Below are positions 59,035-64,000 of a stretch of 64,000 nucleotides of DNA, piece by piece. Source of the DNA: an uncultured Desulfospira sp. (lineage in GTDB: Bacteria > Desulfobacterota > Desulfobacteria > Desulfobacterales > Desulfobacteraceae). The DNA lies in the NCBI GenBank assembly GCA_963663165.1, contig OY760175.1:4704001-4768000 (forward strand). The letters run 5' to 3'. Every line of letters starts with the position of its first letter. Positions within the stretch are counted from its first letter, which is position 1. The notes under the pieces are model-generated. The model did not search any database, was not told the DNA's origin, and saw only the letters and a list, made by a program, of their open reading frames with translations. Both the position numbers and the translations under genes were made by a program.

Positions 59035-60081
59035 ATGAGATTCAGTGGAAATAAGCATCTTGTCGGCCTGGACATCGGTTCAACCTTTATCAAGGTGGCT
59101 GAACTCAAAATTTCTAAAAAGAGAACAAGTCTTAAGAAATTCGGCCTGGCAAGAATTCCTCATGGTGCCATTATAGAAGACCGGATCAAAGATAAGGATA
59201 CGGTTGCCGGCATCATCAAAAAACTGTTTAAAGATCATAAAATAAAAGAAAAGAACGTGGCCATATCCACGGGCGGGCATTCTGTGGTGATCAAGACCAT
59301 CAGCACGGCCAAGGTGCCGGCCAAGGAACTTCACAAAACCATATTTTCCGAAGCCGAACAGTATATCCCCTATGATGTGGAAGACGTCAATATCGACTAC
59401 CAGATTCTCGGGGACAGTGAATATTCATCGGAACAGATGAATGTCCTTCTGGTGGCGGCCAAAAAAGATCTGGTGGCCGAATATATTGACCTGATTCAAA
59501 CGGCCGGCCTGAACCCCAAAATCATTGATGTGGATACTTTTGCCCTTCAAAATGTTTACGAAACCCTTCCCGGGCTTTCTCCGGACACGGTGGCCCTGCT
59601 GGTGGATGTGGGAGCCTCCAAGACCTCTTTGAATATTCTTAAAGGCAGCAATTCGCTGATGATGCGGGACGCGGTGTCGGGAACCAACCAGATTCTTGAG
59701 GCCTTGTCTGACAGGCTCGGGATCGGGATTGAAGAGGCCGAAACCCTTTTTAGAGGAAAAAAAGAGGAAGCCCTGATCCGGGAGGTTTCAGATCAGGTGT
59801 CCAGTGCCTGGTGTTCACAGATCTGTGAGGTGGTCAACAGTTTTCGCTCTAACGCCAGTGAAAAGGGGCTTTCAAAAGTGCTGCTCAGCGGGGGAGGGGC
59901 GTCTGTCAGAGGGTTTGCCCAGAAACTTCAATCTGAGATTGATGCGGCTGTCAGCATTATGGAGCCTTTCAGCGGACTGGAAATAGACGAGAAAATGTTT
60001 CCGGCTTCCCAAATCAGAGAACTTGGCCCCCAGGCACCCATTGCGTTGGGACTGGCCATGAGACGGGTGGATGACAAATGA
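59035..60081 (+). CDS. pilM: Type IV pilus assembly protein PilM
   Basis: VGLDIGS, EAEQYIPY, VLLVAAKK, VDVGA, LSGGGA, LGLAMR. Confidence 0.95.
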   Translation: MRFSGNKHLVGLDIGSTFIKVAELKISKKRTSLKKFGLARIPHGAIIEDRIKDKDTVAGIIKKLFKDHKIKEKNVAISTGGHSVVIKTISTAKVPAKELHKTIFSEAEQYIPYDVEDVNIDYQILGDSEYSSEQMNVLLVAAKKDLVAEYIDLIQTAGLNPKIIDVDTFALQNVYETLPGLSPDTVALLVDVGASKTSLNILKGSNSLMMRDAVSGTNQILEALSDRLGIGIEEAETLFRGKKEEALIREVSDQVSSAWCSQICEVVNSFRSNASEKGLSKVLLSGGGASVRGFAQKLQSEIDAAVSIMEPFSGLEIDEKMFPASQIRELGPQAPIALGLAMRRVDDK

Positions 60082-60668
60082 TACGAGTCAATCTGTTACC
60101 TTTCAGGCTTGAGCGCAAAAAGGAAAATATCCGCCGCCAGGTGTCCGTATTTTTTCTGGTGATTGTCTTTTCACTGCTGCTGTTAACCTGGTATACCCTT
60201 GGCCTTGGCAAAAAAATTGAACAAACCCGGCTGGATATTGAAGCGGTTAACCGGCAGATTGCCCTTTACAAGGGGAAGGCAGACCGGGTGGCCCAAATCA
60301 AAAAAGACCTGGAAGTTCTCAGGAATAAACTTGCGATCGTTGACTCCCTGAAGAACAAACGAAACGAACACTTTGATCTGGTCGCGGAACTGCCCGGCCG
60401 GCTGGTGCCTGAAAAGATGTGGATTGAAGCCTTGAAAGCAGACAGCACAAAGGTTGAGATCAAAGGGGTGGCCTTTGACAATCCCACCATTGCCGAGTTT
60501 ATGAAAAATCTTGAGGCCTTAGGCTGGTTTACCCAGGTTGACCTGAAGCAATCCGTGGTCAGAAAGCTTAACGACGGCCATATGCTCAAGGCATTTGAAC
60601 TGTCCTGCATGAAGCCGGTTACCCCGGAACCTGAAGAAACCGATAAGAAAAAGAAAAAAGGTAAATAA
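60078..60668 (+). CDS. pilN: Type IV pilus assembly protein PilN
   Basis: MIRVNLLP, TM segment, IAEFMKNL; operon order. Confidence 0.92.
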   Translation: MIRVNLLPFRLERKKENIRRQVSVFFLVIVFSLLLLTWYTLGLGKKIEQTRLDIEAVNRQIALYKGKADRVAQIKKDLEVLRNKLAIVDSLKNKRNEHFDLVAELPGRLVPEKMWIEALKADSTKVEIKGVAFDNPTIAEFMKNLEALGWFTQVDLKQSVVRKLNDGHMLKAFELSCMKPVTPEPEETDKKKKKGK

Positions 60669-61321
60669 TGGCGCAAAAAGCAACTGAGACGTTAAAGACC
60701 CGGGTTGCCCAGGCATTTGAAAGGGTTGGCCGGTTAACCCAGAAACAGCGCCTTTTAATCTGTGCCGGTGTTTTCCTGGCCATAGGCGGCGGCTATTATT
60801 ATCTGGTTTATAGCCCTAAGGTTCAGCAGTTAAGCCAGCTGACCGAAGACCATGAACGGGTGGCCAAGAATCTGGATGTTTATAAGGCCAGGGCAAAGGC
60901 TTTGCCCAAATGGGAAAAGGAAATGCAGGCGGTTGAACAGGAGTTCAATTTTGCCATGGAGGCCCTTCCGGACAAGCGGGAAATTCCCGCCATGCTTACC
61001 GGGATTTCCCAGGCCGGAAGCATGGCCGGGCTCGATTTCCTCCTTTTTCAGCCCACAGCCGAAGTGAACAAGGAATTTTATAAAGAGATCCCCTTGTCCA
61101 TGAAAGTGGAGGGGGGGTATCACCAGATGGCCGATTTTTTCTTCCGGATTGCCCATATGGGCCGGATTATCAATATCAATGACCTGGATATGGTCCGGCC
61201 CCAAAAGGGAGAGGGTGACATTCAAATGAGTTGTACAGCGGTCACCTATATGTTTGTAGAGCCTCAAGATGAGGGCAAGGATAAAGACAAGGGCAGCAAA
61301 AAGGGCCATAAAAAGGGATAG
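60668..61321 (+). CDS. pilO: Type IV pilus assembly protein PilO
   Basis: LPDKREIPAML, FYKEIP, GGYHQMADFF, RIINI. Confidence 0.92.
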   Translation: MAQKATETLKTRVAQAFERVGRLTQKQRLLICAGVFLAIGGGYYYLVYSPKVQQLSQLTEDHERVAKNLDVYKARAKALPKWEKEMQAVEQEFNFAMEALPDKREIPAMLTGISQAGSMAGLDFLLFQPTAEVNKEFYKEIPLSMKVEGGYHQMADFFFRIAHMGRIININDLDMVRPQKGEGDIQMSCTAVTYMFVEPQDEGKDKDKGSKKGHKKG

Positions 61322-61355
61322 CCCTAGTATTTAAGATCATATATTAGGAACTGGC

Positions 61356-62036
61356 ATGGGAACAGGTATGAGAATTAAAAAAATATCAGCTGTGATGGTT
61401 GTTCTGGCCGTATGTTGTGCTGCGGTTTTATGTTCATGCCAGGAAGAAACAACGGCCCAAAATCAGCCGGCCACCCCTGAGGTGGTGTCGGCTGCCATCC
61501 CAAAGCAGCCGGCCGCTCCTGAAAAAATAGAACTGCCGCCCCCTGAAAAGATACCGCCTTTGGCGCCTGGCCGGGATGTGGAAAGTGCTGTGGGCCAACC
61601 CCCGCCCCCCCAGTTGGATCCAGACCAGAAAGAGCTTGTGGCCAATCTGATCATGGGCCAGGGCAAAAAATATGAGCCAAAGGTGAAAACCGACCCCTTT
61701 GCCCCCCTGGTGCAGGAAGAACCTTTGGACGGCACCGGCCGAAAGGTTGAGATAAGGGCCCCGTCCCGTCCCTTGACCCCGTTGGAAAAAATGGAGTTAA
61801 GCCAGCTTAAGCTTGTGGCGGTCCTTGAAACGAACCACCAGAAACTGGCCATGGTCGAGGAATCCTCAGGCAAAGGGTATGAGGTCAAGGTGGGAACCTA
61901 TATCGGAAAAAACTCAGGCAAGGTGACACAGATTAAATCCGGCAGCATTGTCATAAAAGAAGTGATTAGAGATTATAAAGGAAAGCCGAAAGAGCGTTTC
62001 CAGGAAATGAAACTTCACAAAGAAGATGGGGAATAA
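61356..62036 (+). CDS. pilP: Type IV pilus assembly lipoprotein PilP
   Basis: LCSC lipobox, DPFAP, PLEKMELSQLKLV, VGTYIGKNSGKV. Confidence 0.9.
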   Translation: MGTGMRIKKISAVMVVLAVCCAAVLCSCQEETTAQNQPATPEVVSAAIPKQPAAPEKIELPPPEKIPPLAPGRDVESAVGQPPPPQLDPDQKELVANLIMGQGKKYEPKVKTDPFAPLVQEEPLDGTGRKVEIRAPSRPLTPLEKMELSQLKLVAVLETNHQKLAMVEESSGKGYEVKVGTYIGKNSGKVTQIKSGSIVIKEVIRDYKGKPKERFQEMKLHKEDGE

Positions 62037-62037
62037 T

Positions 62038-64000
62038 ATGCCTTTTTTTCAGTTTAACATGATTATTTCCAGGATGATAATGGGAGGCCTCATTATCGTT
62101 TCATCCCTGATTTGCGGCTGTGTTTCCCAAAACGGCCAGACCGCGTCCATGGAAGATCAGCCGGCCGTGGTTGAATCAACAGAGGCTGCCGGCGGCAAAA
62201 CCGTGGCAGCCACCGGTGATGACGCGGCCGGACAGGGCATGATTACAGCGGTTGATGCCAGGGAAACCGATACCGGGGTTGAAGTGTTGATTCAGGGGGA
62301 CGCCTCCCTGAAGCGGTATACCACCATTAAGCAGGCATTTCCCTTTGGCGTTGCCGTGTACCTGTCTGAAACCGGTATTTCAGAAGGGCTGGCCCCGAAT
62401 TCCTCAGGGGTTGATATGGTCCAGGACATCAAGGTGGGATACGCAGATCAGGCCAACACCACGGCCAAGGTGGAAATCCTGCTAAAACAGGATGTTTCCT
62501 ATACGGTTGAACAGGATGACAGTTTGTTGAAGCTGGATTTTACCGGGGAACAGGATCGCAGCCAGGTGCTCTCCCTGACCGGGAACTCAGGCCAGTCCCC
62601 TAAGACCGCTCAATTTGTTTCAGAAACAACCGGTTCCCAGACAGCCTTTTCCGGCGGCCAGGCCCGGTTAACGGATATTTCATTTGATACGGAGCAGACC
62701 GGAAGGTCCACCGTTTTTGTGGAAACCAGCAGCCCGGTAAGCTACGATCTCGTCGCCAAATCAGGCAACCTCTTGTCCCTTAACCTGTATGATACCCTTA
62801 TCCCTGAAGTTCACCAGCGACCCCTGTCCACCCGTTATTTTGATTCAGCCGTTGAACAGATCCTTCCCGGACAGCTGAGCCCGGGCTCCAAAGACGGGGC
62901 CATTACCATTCAGGTCAGAGAGCAGGTGCCCTACCGGGTATTTCAGGAGCAAAACCGAATTTTTGTTGTGTTTGAGCCGTCTTCGGTCAGACCCCCGGCT
63001 TTCAGCAAAGCCAAGGTTGATTTGAATTCGGATGTTCCCGTACAGCAAGCGTCGTCGGGGCCGGCAAAAGACATTGATGACGGCCGGCAGCTGGCAAGTT
63101 CTTCAGAGGGGGACTCGGTAACGGAGGATATTGATTCCCTAACCGGTTCCGGAGAAAGGCAGTACACCGGAGAGAAAATCAAGCTGGATTTTTTTGATAC
63201 AGATATCAGAAATGTATTTAAAATAATAAAAACGGTTTCAGGCTATAATTTTGCCATTGATAATGATGTCCGGGGAAGGGTGACCCTGAGCCTGGAAGAT
63301 CCGGTTCCCTGGGATCAGGTTCTGGACCTGGTATTGAAAATGAATCAGCTGGGCAAGAAAAGAGAAGGAAACGTCTATCGAATCGCTACCCTGGAAACCA
63401 TTAAGGATGAAGAAGAAAAATTACAGGCCGCCATTGATGCCCGGAAAAAATCCCTGGAAGATAAGAAAAGCCTTGAGCCCATTTATACCGAGTTCATCGC
63501 CATCAATTATGCCGATGCCCTGGAAATCAGCAAGCATATTTATCCTGTCTTAAGCAAGGACGAAGAAGATAAGGATGTCGACTGGAAAACAAAGCCTGAA
63601 ATTACGGACCGGATCCGCGGGGCCATGACCATAGATACCAGAACCAATACCATCATCATTACCGATATCCGGGAAAAACTGGACCACGCCTATGAAATTA
63701 TCAAACAGCTGGATCGGGTCACCCCGCAGATTATCATTGAAGCCAGGGTGGTTGAGGTTTCCAAGAGTTTTGTCAGAAGCCTTGGCATTGGATGGAATCT
63801 GTCCAATGCCTCGGGCACCACATCGGGGTTTGTGGATGACTTTGATCTTTCCTTGAACAGCTCCGGGGTTGCCGGGAAGTTTTCCTTTTTTAATATCGCG
63901 GGATCATCGGTGGCCGCCTTAAACGCCCAGTTAGAGGCCTCTGAGGAGCAGGGGGATATAAAGATAGTCTCCTCTCCCAGAATCTTAACCCTGGACAATA
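62038..64000 (+). CDS. pilQ: Type IV pilus secretin PilQ (3' end outside the window)
   Basis: MPFFQFNMI...LICGC lipobox, AMIN-like domains, YTGEKIKLDFFDTDIRNVF, VPWDQVLD, QIIIEARVVEV, SSPRILTLDN. Confidence 0.93.
   Translation, partial: MPFFQFNMIISRMIMGGLIIVSSLICGCVSQNGQTASMEDQPAVVESTEAAGGKTVAATGDDAAGQGMITAVDARETDTGVEVLIQGDASLKRYTTIKQAFPFGVAVYLSETGISEGLAPNSSGVDMVQDIKVGYADQANTTAKVEILLKQDVSYTVEQDDSLLKLDFTGEQDRSQVLSLTGNSGQSPKTAQFVSETTGSQTAFSGGQARLTDISFDTEQTGRSTVFVETSSPVSYDLVAKSGNLLSLNLYDTLIPEVHQRPLSTRYFDSAVEQILPGQLSPGSKDGAITIQVREQVPYRVFQEQNRIFVVFEPSSVRPPAFSKAKVDLNSDVPVQQASSGPAKDIDDGRQLASSSEGDSVTEDIDSLTGSGERQYTGEKIKLDFFDTDIRNVFKIIKTVSGYNFAIDNDVRGRVTLSLEDPVPWDQVLDLVLKMNQLGKKREGNVYRIATLETIKDEEEKLQAAIDARKKSLEDKKSLEPIYTEFIAINYADALEISKHIYPVLSKDEEDKDVDWKTKPEITDRIRGAMTIDTRTNTIIITDIREKLDHAYEIIKQLDRVTPQIIIEARVVEVSKSFVRSLGIGWNLSNASGTTSGFVDDFDLSLNSSGVAGKFSFFNIAGSSVAALNAQLEASEEQGDIKIVSSPRILTLDN

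Overview
Bacterial chromosomal window, probably from a sulfate-reducing Desulfobacterota (Desulfobacteraceae-like). That assignment is inferred from gene content (DVU0524/flgM, PEP-CTERM, Fe-S oxidoreductase-etfBA, several sigma-54 systems), not from a database match. The housekeeping backbone includes uvrBC, rpsA, pdxJ-ybeY-HD-phoH, cvpA-mazG, flgM, class II aldolase, TetR-oxidoreductase-etfBA, iorAB-like, pncA and pilMNOPQ. Accessory DNA includes a doubly broken surface-protein gene, a VapC toxin-antitoxin pair, a frameshifted AraC gene, an iron-uptake-like operon hit by an IS701 element with a TTAA duplication, a TRAP cassette bounded by 36-bp direct repeats, and several families of short non-coding repeats. 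Two features are absent from the ORF track. (1) A sigma-54 operon at 44.8-49.0 kb starts with an unannotated 52-aa Lys/Arg-rich ORF, followed by a pyruvoyl decarboxylase (SpeD-like), a GNAT/FemAB-like transferase, an ATP-grasp ligase and a PLP decarboxylase. It has its own divergent enhancer-binding protein, and a C39-like peptidase, amidohydrolase and MFS would be adjacent if the TRAP insert is removed. This is a candidate undescribed peptide- or polyamine-modifying pathway. (2) A sigma-54 promoter with three palindromic enhancer sites downstream of a PilS/PilR-like system appears to drive an ~80-nt small RNA with an anti-RBS/anti-AUG tract. No rRNA, tRNA or CRISPR array was seen. All functional calls come from motif recognition by eye; no searches were run.
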